This document shows positions 25,890-39,707 of a stretch of DNA of 64,000 nt, piece after piece (within the stretch, counting starts at the first letter, position 1; each line of letters starts with the position of its first letter). A program made the translations under genes and the position numbers. The stretch lies in NCBI GenBank assembly GCA_038087875.1, contig CM075991.1, positions 6,200,001-6,264,000 on the forward strand. The letters run 5' to 3'. The DNA is from Malacoraja senta (lineage: Eukaryota). The notes beneath the pieces are model-generated. The model did no database searches and was not told the origin of the DNA. It saw nothing but the letters and a program-made list of their open reading frames with translations.

Positions 25890-26492
25890 TTGTATAGGAG
25901 CAGGGAGGTTCTACTGCAGTTGTACAGGGCTTTGGTGAGACCACACCTGGAGTATTGCGTACCGTTTTGGTCTCCTAATCTGAGGAAAGACATTCTTGCC
26001 ATAGAGGGAGTACAGAGAAGGGTCACCAGACTGATTCCTGGGATGGCAGGACTTTCATATGAAGAAAGACTGGATAGACTCGGCTTGTACTCGCTAGAAT
26101 TTAGAAGATTGAGGGGGGATCTTAAAGAAACTTACAAAATTCTTAAGGGGTTGAACAAGCTAGATGCAGGAAGATTGTTCCCGATGTTGGGGAAGTCCAG
26201 AACAAGGGGTCATAGTTTAAGGATAAGGGGTAAGTCTTTTAGGACCGAGATGAGAAAAACATTTTTCACACACAGAGTACCACAGAAGGTAGTTGAGGCC
26301 AGTTCATTGGCTATATTTAAGAGGGAGTTAGATGTGGCCCTTGTTGCCAAAGGGATCAGGGGGTATGGAGAGAAGGCAGATACAGGATACTGAGTTGGAT
26401 GATCAGCCATGATCATATTGAATGGCGGTGCAGGCTCGAAGGGCCGAATGGCCTACTCCTGCTCCTATGTTTCTATGTTTCTATGTTTCTAT
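25890..26492 (+). mobile_element. CR1 LINE 3' fragment
   Basis: LYRALVRPHLEYC...RRLRGDL...RTRGHSL; tail (TTTCTATG)n. Confidence 0.95.
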
Positions 26493-28214
26493 AATGTTTG
26501 AATTTATACATATTTATATACTGAACATTTATATTTGCATTTATATAATTACATTTATATAATGAACAGGTTACCTGTTTACATTAGAGTTCCACCAGCA
26601 CTCTGTGTACATCAAAAAGTACCTCTGATTGTATTAGTATTGTAAAATATTTAATAAGGCTTTTTATTTGTTGAGTTCTATCCAGTCAGCAGAAAGACTT
26701 AACTTGATTACAAGCAAACCATCCACAGTGTACAGATACAGGATAAAGCGAATAACATCTAGTGCAAGATAAAGTCCAGTAAAATCCGATTAAAGCTAGT
26801 CGGCGGGTCTCCAATGAGGTAGGTAGTAGCTCAGGACCATTGATACAGGATGATTCAGTTGCCTGGGAAGAAACCGTCCCTGAATCTGGAGGTAAGCGTT
26901 TTCACACTACTGTGCCCATTGCCCGATGGGAAAAGAGGGAGAATAGTCCAATAGTTTCATGCGTCTTATTATTGAGATGACATTTTATTATTAAAACTTA
27001 ATTTAAAAAAAATCCGATGAACTGAGCAAGATGTCAAATATTAAATCATTATTTTAGTTGCAGTACGTTAGGTGGATAGAACAGGTGAACACGTCATTAC
27101 ATTCAGATGACGAATGAAAAGAATGCATTTAAAATGGAAAATAAAAGCTGATCAGACTGGAAGGATAAGAACCATTGCCTAAATGGATTGCATCCATGCA
27201 TTTTGAGAGAATCAAGTGAAGAGAAGGTAGAGGCATTATCAAATTTATTTCATAATTGATTAGAAAATGTCGTGATAATATATTGGCAAATAACACATTA
27301 TGGAGACACAAGAAATCGCAGAAGCTGAAATTTTGAGCATGAAACACAAAGTGCCAGAGAAACTCAGCAGGTCAGGCAGTATCTGTGGAGGGAATTGAAC
27401 AGGCAACGTTTTGGGTCTGAAGAAGGGGCCCGACCCCAAAAGTTGCCTGCCCATTTCCCAGATTCCAACTGATCTGCTGAGTTCCTCCTGTGTCTGCAGA
27501 ATGGTCTCAACCGTAATGTTGCCGCTTTATTTCTCTCCGCAGAGACTGCCAGGCTCACTGAGTTCCTCCAGCACTTTGTGTTTAATGAGCAAACGTAATT
27601 TGTCGTATAATATTTGATTTAAGTATTTGAATAGGTACGTGGATGGGAAAGGTTTAGAGGGAAATGGGCCAAACCCGCACAGGTAGAACTAGTGTATCTT
27701 GACTGGCATGGGCAAGTTGGGCCAAAGGGCGTGATTCCGTGCTATATGACCCTATGACTAGGTAATGGGGAAAGTTACTGAGCTAAAGGTCAGCGGGAAG
27801 ATGAGGGGAGGAGGGTTGTCTCCAAGCAGGATCAGAGTTAGTAGGAGGGTTGACAGTCAGATGGGTGGCAGGAGAATGGTGGGATATGGAGAGATGGGGT
27901 TGATCGGGGAGGGGTTAGGAAGACAGGAATGGGATCCATACATTAGGAAATGAATTTAGAGGATTGAGGATTGAGACCGTAGGGGTTGGAGAGTGAGAAT
28001 CAGCGGCAGGGACTGGGTGGACCTTGGAGAAAGGGAGCTCAGTAACAAGATCAGTCGGACCTGTTCCTTGGAGAGTGGAATTATATTACAGAGAGGGTTG
28101 GGTAATGAAGCCATGTGGGACAAGATAACAGACAAGAGAACTATGTGTGGGAGATAGCTAAATGTGAGAAACTGCTTAACCAAAGAGTAAAATATTTTAA
28201 TATAACACATTTTT

Positions 28215-28515
28215 GTTTAGTTTAGTTTAGAGATGCAGCGTGGAAACAGGCCCTTCGGCCCACCGAGCCAGCGATAACCAGTGAGCACCCCGTACACTAG
28301 CACTATGGAAAATTGACAGTTTTTACCGAAGCCAAGTTAGTCTACAAACCTGTACATCTTTGGAATGTGGGGTGAAACCGGAGCACCAGGGGCAAGCCCA
28401 AGCGGTCACTGGGAGAACATACAAACTCTGCACAGACAGCACCCGAGGTCAGGATCGAATCCGGGTCGCTGGCGCTGGAAGGGAGCAACTCTACCACAAT
28501 ACCACTGTGCCACCC
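28215..28515 (-). mobile_element. HE1/V-SINE
   Basis: Reverse-complement SINE with (TTTAG)n tail. Confidence 0.85.
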
Positions 28516-30230
28516 CTTAAAATAGGGACTGAACTATGTATTCATTGGTATAAGGTTGAGCGCAGTGGTCAGTTGAAAGAAAAATTGCAACCTGTAAAGA
28601 ATGTGTTGAAACATAATTATCTTTAAGAATTGGAGGGTGTGGAAGTCATGGGGTTGTGTTTGCATCAGATAAACAGCCAGGGGCTGAATGGATACATTGG
28701 ATCTACCAGAAAAATGGTATTGGTGTATGGTACTTGAAACATGTGGGGCGAGAGAGATGGAGAGGACAGAGGGGAGGGGGGGGGGGGGGGGGGTTGAAAC
28801 ATGCAAACGGCTGTGTGGCTGAGGCAAGCGATTTCTGTGGCAGAGTTCCAGACAATAAATTCTGTGGCAAGAGTTTCAGACAATAAATATGGGGACTTTT
28901 AAAGGAGCAGCTTTGTCTGCGGCACCGACAACGAGAGCGACGACCGGAATGCGCCTAGGTAGGCCCGACTCGCCCCACAGGCCTCCAAGGGGACTGTGGA
29001 TAAGCCAGGCAGCGAGGTCTGCCTGGGCCGAAGGAGCCTCAGCAGAGGTGTCGATGGGAGCCTCGGCAGCGGCAGCGTGAGCCTTGACGGCAGCAGGAGT
29101 CCCTGCGGTGGTGGAACTCGGCGGAACGGGAGCCTCGCTGGCAGTGGGGGACCCGGTTTGGCGGAGAAGGGGGGGGCACTCTAGTTTAGAATCCTTTGCC
29201 CAGGGGATAAGTCTGTGTTTGTTTGTTTGTTCATTTGCAGATGCAGACCAATTTCCCTCCGCGGATGAATAAAGTTTTATCGTATCGTATCGTATAGTCT
29301 TTGCGCTGACTGGTTAGCACGCAACCAAAACGATTTTCACTGTACCTCGGTACACATGACAATAAACTAAACTAGACTATTCAGCATGATACAGCATTTT
29401 GAAAAGAAAGGGGAAGGCACAGTCTGTGCAAAGGCACAATTACTCAATAAATTTATTGTACGTATAAGAAACATACTTCCACCTAGTTACGAGCATGTGT
29501 CTTATTAGGTTATATTTAGTACAAATTGATGCCTCTTACATGAATGAGATCTTAACTCACCCATGCAATGTGGAAACGTAATTGTCCCTGTAGTGGCCAA
29601 GGATAGAATGCCCAAGAAATATTGTTCCATGTTTCCCTGTCCCAACAGGAGCACTACATGGGGAATTATATCATCACGTTTTGACATGTGCAAGGATGAA
29701 TCATACTGACACCTAATGGCAAAATTCCAGAATGACGTGAAATAACTCAGAGATGTTGCGATTACGTTTGACTCTGAAGCAAATTGAGTTTCAAAATATT
29801 TCTGGAAGAAAAAGAATGAAACGCAATAGAATTTCCTACGCCTATTTTACCAAGCTTTCTATTTTGTTGCACATCTTGGCTTACAATACATTATGTGTAG
29901 GAAGGCACTGCAGATGCTGGTTTACACCGAAGATAGACACAAAATGCTGGAGTAACTCAGCGGCACAGCCAGCATCTCTGGATAGAAGGAATGGGTGACG
30001 TTTCAGGTCAAGACCCGTCTTTGGTCTTGTTTTCAAAATTATTACATTTCTGATGCAAGGAACGAATGTTAAAGCAGGTAGGGGTAAAGAAACTGCTCCA
30101 GATGGGAAAAGATGGCTTTTGGTACAATTTGGACTGACCAATTCCAGGAACCTTCTAGTTACAGTCAGGGTGGAACTGTCAACACTAGATGGATAGCTAT
30201 ATGGCGAGAGGTGGACAATTTAATGGAGAT

Positions 30231-31646
30231 ATAACCATATAACCATATAACAATTACAGCATGGAAACAGGCCATCTCTGCCCTTCAAGTCCATGCCGAA
30301 CACTTTTTCTCACCTAGTCCCATCTACCTGCACTCAGACCATAACCCTCCATTCCTTTCTTATCCATATACCCATCCAATCTATTTTTAAATGATAAAAT
30401 CAAACCTGCCTCCACCACTTCCACTGGAAGCTCATTCCACACAGCTACCACTCTCTGAGTAAAGAAGTTCTCCCTAATGTTACCCCTAAACTTCTGTCCC
30501 TTAATTCTCAAGTCATGCCCTCTTGTTTGAATCTTCCCTACTCTCAATGGGAAAAGCTTATCCACGTCAACTCTGTCTATCCCTCTCATCATTTTAAAGA
30601 CCTCTATCGTCCCCCCTTAACCTTCTGCGCTCCAAAGAATAAAGACCTAACTTGTTCAGCCTTTCTCTGTAATTTAGTTACTGAAACCCAGGCAACATTC
30701 TAATAAATCTCCTCTGTACTCTCTCTATTTTGTTGACATCCTTCCTATAATTAGGTGACCAAATTTGTACTCCATACTCCAGAATTGGCCTCACCAATGC
30801 CTTGTACAATTTTAACATTACATCCCAACTTCTATACTCAATGCTCTGATTTATAAAGGCCAGCACACCAAAAGCTTTGTTTACCACCCTATCTACATGA
30901 GATTCCACCTTCAGGGAACTATGCACAGTTATTCCTAGATCCCTCTGTTCAACTGCATTCCTCAATTCGCTACCATTTACCATGTATGTCCTATTTTGAT
31001 TTTTCCTGCCAAGATGTAGCACCTCACATTTATCAGCATTAAACTCCATCTGCCATCTTTCAGCCCACTCTTCCAAATGGCCTAAATCTCTCTGTAGACT
31101 TTGAAAATCTACTTCATAATCCACAACACCACCTATCTTAGTATCATCTGCATACTTACTAATCCAATTTTCCACACCATCATCCAGATCATTGATGTAC
31201 ATGACAAACAAAAGTGGACCCAACACAGACCACTGAGGCACCCCACTAGTCACCGGCCTCCAACCTGACAAACAGCCATCCACCATTACTCTCTGACATC
31301 TCCCATTCAGCCACTGTTGAATCCATCTTGCTACTCCACCATTAATACCCAACAATTGAATCTTCTTAACCAACCTTCCATGAGGAACCTTGTCAAAGGC
31401 CTTACTGAAGTCCATATAGACAACATCCACTGCTTTACCCTCATCAATTTCCGTAGTAACCTCTTCGAAAAATTCAAGAAGATTAGTCAAACATGACCTT
31501 CCAGGCACAAATCCATGTTGACTGTTCTTAATCAGACCCTGCTTATCCAGATGCTTATATATATTATCCCTAAGTATCGTTTCCATTAATTTGCCCACCA
31601 CTGACGTCAAACTAACAGGTCTATAATTGCTAGGTTTACTCTTAGA
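30231..31646 (-). mobile_element. CR1 LINE 3' portion (RT), nested in an older plus-strand CR1 3' fragment
   Basis: 310-aa open RT frame 30678-31610 (MDFSKAFDKV, YADD) plus 30314-30592; (ATATAACC)n tail. The host resumes at ~31647. Confidence 0.95.
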
Positions 31647-31809
31647 ATGTGTGGGACGAGTGTTTTTTTTAACACAGAGAGTGGTGGGGCCTGGAACGCA
31701 TTGGAGGAGTGGTGGAGGTGGCAGATACGATAATTTATTTTAAGAGACTTTTAGATAGGCGAATGGAAGTGCAGGGAATAGGGGGACATGGATCATGTGC
31801 AGGCAGATT

Positions 31810-32100
31810 TTGTTTAGTTTAGTTTAGAGATACAACTCGGAAACAGGCCCTTCCGCTTACCGAGTCCGCACCGACCAGCAATCCTCACACATTAACTCTA
31901 TCCTACACACACTAGGGACAATTTACACATCCACCAAGCCAATTAGCCTACGTCTTTGGAGTGTGGGAGGAAACCCACGCGGTCATGGGGAGAACATACA
32001 AACTCCGTACAGACAGCACCGATAGTCGGTATCAAACCCGGGTCTCCGGTGCTGCAAGCTCTGTAAGGCAGAAACTCTACCGCTGCACCACCGTGCCGTC
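31810..32100 (-). mobile_element. HE1/V-SINE
   Basis: Reverse-complement SINE, from head (caccgtgccg) to (TTTAG)n tail. Confidence 0.85.
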
Positions 32101-32136
32101 CAAACTGATGAGATCAGTTTAACGCCCCTGACTCTC

Positions 32137-32262
32137 AGTCTGATGAAAGGTCTCGACCCGAAATGTCACCCATTCCTCTCCAGAGATGCTGCCTGTCCTG
32201 AGTTACTCCAGCATTCTGTGTATGTCTTCAGTGTAAACCAGCATCTGCAGTTCCTTCCTACA
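32137..32262 (+). ncRNA. Penelope-derived element with minimal hammerhead ribozyme core
   Basis: CTGATGA-aaggtctcgaccc-GAAA-tGTC at 32140-32167, followed by the family's conserved tail. Confidence 0.55.
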
Positions 32263-34022
32263 TAGTTTCACTAGGCATCAAGTTTGCCACAAACGTTGTG
32301 GGCTGAAAGGGCCCTTTCCTGTGCTGTAGCGATCTATGTTTTAGCGAGTTGTACAGCACAGAAACAGGCCCTTCGGCCCACCTTGTCTACACTGACCATT
32401 AAATCCTTCTATACTAGTCCCATCTGCTCTCATTAGCCAAGGCATTCTATGCCTTAGCAATCCAAGCGTTTGTCCAAATGCTTCTTAAGTGTTGTGAGAG
32501 AACTTCCTCCATTACATCCACAGTCAGCACATTCAGATTCCCAAATCTTCCCTGAGATCCCGTTGAAAACTCTCACTTCTGACTTTAAAACTTTGCCTTC
32601 GTGTCTTAGACATCCCTGCTATGGGAAATAGATTTTTACTGCTGTTTTTAGGTCAGACAGGAGGTCTGTTGTGAACAGAGAATCTCATTATCTCACAGTC
32701 ATCCCTACATCAGGAAAGCTAATCAAATCATGAGAGAGAAATTATGCTATTTGAAGCCAGATTGTTGTCATTTATCAGACTGTGTGAATCATTCCTTAAA
32801 GGTAGCTTTCAATCCTGATTGCTTGCGTTAACGGTTAATTAGATTTCACTATATCAATAACAAGATTATAAAAGACATTTGGACAGGTACATGGATATGG
32901 GTTACGCACGGGCAAATGGGACCAGCTTAGATGGGGCATCTTGGTCAGCAATGACGAGTTGGCCCGAAGGGCCTGTTTCTGCGCCTGTATGCCTCCATCT
33001 TCCACCATGGAGAAGGGTGAAAGTTCATGTGATAGGAGAAGAATTAGGCCATTCGGCCCATCCAGTCTACTCTGCCATTCAATCATGGCTGATCTATCTC
33101 TCCCTCCTAATCCCATTCTCCTGCCTTCTCACCATAACCCCTGACACCCGTGCTAATCAAGAATCTATCTATCTCTGCCTGGGAAATATCCATTGATTTG
33201 ACCTCCACAGCCTTCTGTGGCAATGAATTCCATTATTGAGGATCATCATTGGAATTGGCATAGAGGATAACAGAAAACGTATCTTCTGTTTGTTGGATCA
33301 AACCAGGGAACATACTCTCATAAAATGGGTTATCAAACTTTAAGACTTTAGAAGAGATTTATTTATAGATTCAAATGTTTGCAATTCTCTATTTATATAG
33401 GACCGTAGCTGCTCATTTATTGTGTATGTTCAAACTTGCAATGTATAGAGTTCCAATACATCTCCATTGATAGTTCTGACTGAGAAAGGGTCCTGATCTG
33501 AAACGTCACCCATCCTTTTTTTTCCAGAGATGCTGCTTGACCCGCTGAGTTACTCCAGCACTTTGTGTCTATCTTCAGTACATACCAGCATCTCCAGTTC
33601 CTTCCTACACAACTCTAATGAACCGGGGGGTCTTACCTTCTGCGCCTTCAAGGTCGGCTATGGGAGTCGCCCTCAGGGCACAAAGGCTGAATGTCGCCGG
33701 GCAAGGAGAAGGACAATGGTCCGTGGGTGGAGGCAACAGCGGCAATGGGCCTTTGTGGCCAGATGCAGCTGGGACGGTAAAAATGGCATCAAAACATGGC
33801 AACTCCTGGATATGGATTCAGTTGGCTGGTTCTATGCATTCTGTACTTAATCTGGGATTGTATTTACGTTTGGCAATAATCTTACTGATCAGTATGTAAA
33901 TTTCACTGTAGCTTGGTGCATGTGATAATAAAGAACCTTTGAACCATTGATTGAATGATGTTGAATGGGGTTTGTGCAGGATCACACTCAATGCATGGTA
34001 GTGCAGCGTTGAAAGGGCTTTG

Positions 34023-34325
34023 GGGCACCACAGTGGCTCAGCGGTAGAGTTACTGCCTTACAGCGCCAGAAACCCTGGTTCGATCCTGACTACAGGTGCT
34101 GTCTGTACAAAGTTTGTACGCTCTCTCCTAGACCAGTGTGGATTTTCTCCCGAAGATCCGGTTTCCTCCCACACTATCAAGACGTACAGGTTTGTAGAGT
34201 AATTGGCTTGGTAAAAATTGTAAATTTTCCCTAGTGTGTGTAGGATAGTGTTAGTGTATGGGGATCGCTGGTCGGTGGGCCGAAGGGCTTGATTCCATGC
34301 TGTATCTCTAAACAAAACAAAACTA
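34023..34325 (+). mobile_element. HE1/V-SINE, full length
   Basis: A box gtggctcagcgg, B box ggttcgatcc, core and tail. Confidence 0.9.
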
Positions 34326-34499
34326 AGAAGAACACTTCCTTTAATGTAATCACACCACTTTCCTTTTGTATTTTAAGTTTAATTTAACAACTATTTGGTT
34401 CAATTGTTTAACCAAATTTGGAGGAAAACCGCATCTCCGACCAGGTAGGACTGGGGTTGGAACAGTTAAGATTGTTTTCACTGGAATGCTGGAGGTTAA

Positions 34500-35007
34500 A
34501 GGGGCTGTCCCACTTGGGCGACCTAATTGGCGAGTTTAGAAGAGTTTGAAAAAATTACATGTTGAAGACCTCCTTCGACCTCCTTCAACTATGTTGAAGA
34601 CTAGCTTCGACTAGCTACGACTAACTTCGGGAAAATTGGGCCCCGAATAGTGGAGAGTGAAGACGACCTCCTTCGACCTCCCTTCGACTATGATGAAGAC
34701 TATCTACGACTACCTTCGATTACCTTCGACTACCCTCGATTACCTACGACTAACATGCCGACCTATTACGACCTACTACGACTAAACCTACGAGCAAAAA
34801 AAGTATCGATTTTTTCCATGGCCACCTTTTTTTACTCGCGGGCATTTTTTAGTGAAAAAAACGCCGCGAGTACGCAGAGACCACTCTCGAGCATGAAGGA
34901 GAGTTACAAAGACCTCCTACGACCTTGTGTCAACCATGCTGCGAGTATGAGTCGAGGGCAAACTCGTCAGAACTCACGGATTAGGTCGCCCAAGTGGGAC
35001 AGGCCCT
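34500..35007. mobile_element. Harbinger-type MITE with internal CTWCGAC repeats, inserted in a CR1 3' fragment
   Basis: 28-bp TIRs AGGG(G/C)CTGTCCCACTTGGGCGACCTAAT; flanks TAA / TTA. Removal restores CR1 agg tta aga gga (RLRG). Confidence 0.88.
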
Positions 35008-35663
35008 TTAGAGGAAACCGGGAAGAAGGATATAAAATGATGAGAGGCATAGATAGGATAGACAATCAGAACCTTTTTCCCAGGCTGGAAATGTTTAAGA
35101 CTGGAGACCATAGCCTTAAGGTGAGCGGGGAAAGTTTAAAAGAGATGTGCGGATTAAGTTCTTTATACAGAGAATGGTGAGTCAGGAACACGTTGTCGCG
35201 GACAGCAGTGGAGGCTGTTAGGATAGTGGCATTTAAGAGGGTTTTAGACAGACACATGGATATGCAGAGAATGAAGAGTTTTGGATTACGTGCAGGTATA
35301 AGAGATCATGTTAACTTGTAGGAAGGAACTGATTTAAACCGAAGATAGACACAAAACACTGGAGTAACTCAGCGGGTCAGACAGCATCTCCGGAGAAAAG
35401 GAATAGGTGAAGTTTCGGCTCGAGACCCTTCTTCAGACTGAGTATCATGTTTGGCATAGACTTTGTGGGCTGGAAGGCCTGTTCCTGTGGTGTATTGTTC
35501 TATATTCTATGTTGTCTATATGACTTGAACACTTTTGGTTTGAGATACAGTGCGGAAACAGGCCTGCGGCCCACTGAGTCCACGCCGACCAGCAATCCTT
35601 GTACACGAGCACTATCCTACACATGAGAGACAATTCACAATTTACAGAAGCCAATTAACCTAC

Positions 35664-36168
35664 CTCTCCGTTGGATTGCAACCTTGTCGTGGTCGGGGAG
35701 CGTGTGTGTCTCAGTGACCCCTAGAGCCATGCCAGTGGGAGATTCGTCTCCTGTTAGGGTCTCCCATGCTGGACAGGTCGAAGGGTAGAGGCGAGACGAA
35801 GAGCGATCCACTGGTCCTCCAGGTTGGAGGTTGAGCACAGGGCTAACAACTCTGTCTCGTAGAACAAATATGTTACGGAAACAGCAACTGAAGGAATCAA
35901 CACTACTGGGCATGATGGACTTCCAGGGCTATCGACAGATGCTAGGATGAATGTCCAGACAGCATCCCAAGAATAGCCCTGCACTGGACACCGGAAGGGA
36001 AAAGGAAAAGAGGGAGACCCAAAACCACCTGGCGTAGAACTGTAGAGAAGGGAATGAAAACAATGGACTTGACCTGGGGTAGTGTCCAGATGCTAGCCCA
36101 GAACAGACAGGAGTGGAGGACCTTCGTTGCTGCCCTACATGCCAGGAGGCATATAGGCAGTAAGTAAG
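35664..36168 (+). mobile_element. Internally deleted (bipartite) RTE element inserted in a minus-strand SINE
   Basis: TSD TAACCTAC (35656-63 / 36169-76). RTE-like 5' UTR (ccttgtcgtgg, cctccaggttggaggttgagc) fused to the ORF end (ALHWTPEGKRKRGRPKTTWRRT); (TAAG)n tail. Confidence 0.85.
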
Positions 36169-36434
36169 TAACCTACAAACCTGCATATCTTTCGAGTGTG
36201 GGAGGAAATCGGAGCACCTGGAGAAAACCCACATGGCCACAGAAAAAACGTACAAACTCCATTAAGACAGCACCTGCAGTCAAGATTGAACCTGGGTTAC
36301 TGGTGCTGTAAGGCAGCAACTCTACCGCTGTGTCACTGTGCTGCCCACGTCTGCAGTTTAGTTTTTTTTTAAAGCACTGTGGCTGGGAAAAGACCAGGTA
36401 ATCAAGAGAAGCTCGATACGTTGGGTGTTTCTCT

Positions 36435-36810
36435 CAGCTTGGAGGCTGAGGGGTGATCTTATGGAGGTATATAAAATTACGAGGGGCACAGATAAGGTGA
36501 ACCGCCGCAATTTTCTTCCCCTGGGTAGGGGAGTCCAAAGCTACAGTATAACGCATAGGTTTGAGGTGGAAGAGGAAAGATTTAAAAGGTACATGAGGGG
36601 CAACTTTTTCACAGAGAGTGTGGTGCGTATATGGAACAACTTGCCAGAGGTTGTGGTAGAGGCGGATACAATTACAGCGTTCAATAGACACCTGGACAAG
36701 TACATAGATAGGGAAGGTGTGGAGGTGTATGGGCCAGGTGCAAGCCAATGGGACGGCATGGACGAGCTGGGCCGAAGGGCCTGTTTCCAAGCTGTGTGGT
36801 TCTATGATAC
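36435..36810 (+). mobile_element. CR1 LINE 3' fragment
   Basis: RLRGDLMEVYKI...GNFFT...WNNLP. Confidence 0.9.
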
Positions 36811-37316
36811 TAACTGTTCGACTAATGATCTAGAATTATTCAGTCAATGAATGAGAAATCTTGACTTCGGCATGGAAAGACGGGGCTTGCAAAGATGAAC
36901 TTGCTGGGGAGAGAGAGGCAGGCATATTCGGTGGGTACAGCTGGAAGCCATATGATTGGGAGCACGGCAAAATGAAGTTTAATTTTTAGTGTTAGTTTAG
37001 AGATACAGCATGGAAACAGGCCCTTCGGCCCACCGAGTCCGCGCCGATCAGCGATCTCCGCACACTAACACTGTCCTACGCATACTAGGGACAATTTACA
37101 ATTTTACTTCGGAGTCACTTGAGTGACTACGTGAAGAACCCGTCCAGCACGCATGCGCGACATTAGCCTTTACGCAGTGCAACAGCGACGAACGGGAGTA
37201 CAGGCGCTCCCGCTACAAGTTTTAAAAAGCGGACCATCAGGTAAGTACTTACTCTGAGGTCGTACTTAGGAAGCTTTGCTCTGCTTTGTGAATTTCAGGT
37301 TGAAGAAGCTGGAAAA

Positions 37317-38579
37317 ATGAGCAAAGCACGGCAAGGGAAAAAGACCGCCCCCCGTTCGACTCCAACAGAACAGGAGTGTCCCATCAGTGGGGGGCGAGAG
37401 GCGGCACCTGGACCGCACATGCTGCGGTCCACAATCATTGAGACTGAGCCGAGCCCAGTACCGCTAGCGCAGCCTGACCAACAGCAGCGGACTGGAGGTA
37501 AATCAAAATGAAAAACTGACCGGCCGGTGATATCTGATAACTCCGATGAGGAGGACTCTCTCCCTGAGAGTGCCAGAGGTAGCCGCCTGAGCCGCATGGA
37601 AATGCTGATGGAGCAAATGCTCCAGCGAGACTTGCTTCGGGAGCTGGAGCAGTCTCGCCAAGGGAATTCAGGCACTCCCACATCAGTGCCTTACAATGCA
37701 CTGGCCATCGCTTCCCCCTCAGCCGAGGGCAGCGTTGGCGACCAGGGCTGGGCTGGTCAGGAACAGGGGTCATTGGCCGAAGATATCGGGAGTACGCATG
37801 GGGTACAGGACCAGGAAGTGCTGCTGGGTGTGGTGAATCGCTACGTGGCTACACCATGAGCAGGGTGGCCATTGCAGCCAAAACTGGCGGCCAGCATTGA
37901 CTACCTGTCCCTCAAACCCCTACAAAAACAGGTAGTCAATGAGGCACTAGAACTCTACTCGCCTCCGGAGAACTGCAGTTCACTCAACGTACCGGCCGTC
38001 AACAGCCAAATCTGGGGGTATGTTGGACAGAGTATCCGGAACCAGGAGCTAAAATTACAGCGTATCCTTAAGCTCCTGACGACAGGTATAACATCCTATG
38101 CTCGTTCCGTGGATGGGGTGGATATGACCACCAACCAGCAAGACACTCTGGCTCTGCTGTGCAACACTCAATATGAGATAAACAACCTCCGCAAGGAGAT
38201 AATAAGACCTGCCCTCAATCCCAAATATGCAGGACTGTGCAAAACACAGGCCTCAGAGCCACAGATCCTGTTATTTGGAAAGGACTTGTCAAAACAAGTG
38301 AAAGACCTGGAGGAAGAGTCCAAAGCATTCGGCCTCATGAGGGCAGGCCCCGGAACGAGCAGACCCACACAACCCAGACGGCAGTACCCCACTGCGTCCA
38401 CCAGTCGACGTCAAACTTATGGGACTGGTGAAAGCTCAGGGTCCACATACCATCCCCGAAAGCCTTTTTTAGGCCAGGGCCCAGAGCGGACCCCATGGAA
38501 AATGCGCCACCCCAAACCAGCAGTACATCCAGCAGTACAACGACGGATGAAGAAACCGAAGAAAGGAACACTCCCATAA
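37317..38579 (+). pseudogene. DIRS gag-like ORF1 (~420 codons, two in-frame TGA stops)
   Basis: ORFs 37317-37511, 37527-37859 and 37872-38579 share one frame. Includes PENC..L.VPAVN and LLFGKDL motifs typical of DIRS ORF1. Confidence 0.8.
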
Positions 38580-39707
38580 CTATGGAGGTAGGTGGGTCTG
38601 GTTCCTACCAGCATATAAAAAGTGGGGGAACTGTACTAACAGGGGGGAGATTACACCTGTTCATTGAAGCATGGAGGTCTATCACGAATGATAGTTATAT
38701 ACTTAATAGTATTCGTGGATACAAAATAGAGTTCATTCAAGAAAATATGCCACCAGTTCAGCATGTACCCCAAAGGGTCTTTACCCTCTCAGTCAAAGAA
38801 AAACTAGAGGGTCAAGCAGAACTGGTGAGGTTACTTACAAAGGGTATCATTGAGAAATCCAAGTATGAACCTTTGGAATTTGTCTCAAATATATTTACCA
38901 AAAACAAAAAAGATGGTGGATGTCACATCATCATTGACTTAACCTCACTTAAGGCTCTGTCTCACGGGTTTGCGGTCATTGGCGGTGAAGCGCAGCGTCG
39001 CCGGATGAGGGGACCGCACATCAAAGCGCCGAGCCTATGCCGCGGGAGTGCTGCACAGATGCTGCGCGGGGGCCGAGTGATCTCAGTACGGCCGGTCCCA
39101 CGAGCTTGTGGTAAGTTAAAAAAAATTTAGCCTTACCGGAAGCTGTTGCTGCGCGTATGCCGGGTGACCACCGCACGGTCTATCCAACGAGCATGCGATC
39201 GCGGACTTACCGGAAGCGGGGGGGGGGTGCGCGGACGTCCATTTTGGGAGGAGTCTATAAGCTCGAGCCTGACGCCATTTTGAGCGGAGCCGTGAAGCTC
39301 GAGCCTGACGCCATTTTTTTGCAGGTAATCATAGTCGCTGGCTATCAAAAAGATATATAATTTTGAAATTCATGCTGGGAAAAGGTCTTTATTATTGAGA
39401 GTCTGAAACATTCTAACCACTATTAATATAATTGATGTATAGCCTGATTTTCTATACCAAGAGGTTTCTTAGAAACACAACTGTCCCATTATAGTATAAC
39501 TACCTGCACTGATTTAGACTACAGGTGGTTCTGCTATAATATGATAGTTTTGTTCCTAAAACACCTTGTGTTATAGAAATTTGCTTTATAAAAGACAATT
39601 TTATAAAGGGGGTTAGGGCCTAAGAATTGTAGACCAGCAATAACAAAGTTAGTAATAACAATAGGATGATTGTAAATAACAATAAATCGCTTGTCGACTT
39701 CAGTGGT

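Noticed and set aside
34023..34095. tRNA-like A and B boxes
   Set aside because: SINE heads continuing into V-SINE body and tail; not tRNA genes.
34560..34790. Short periodic CTTCGAC/CTACGAC repeats and the 176-aa ORF 34650-35180
   Set aside because: Internal repeats of a MITE; no repeat-spacer structure, so not CRISPR, and the ORF is a MITE/CR1 read-through.
39520..39610. Possible Tc1/pogo-like MITE end (tacaggtggttctgctataa...)
   Set aside because: No matching second TIR found.
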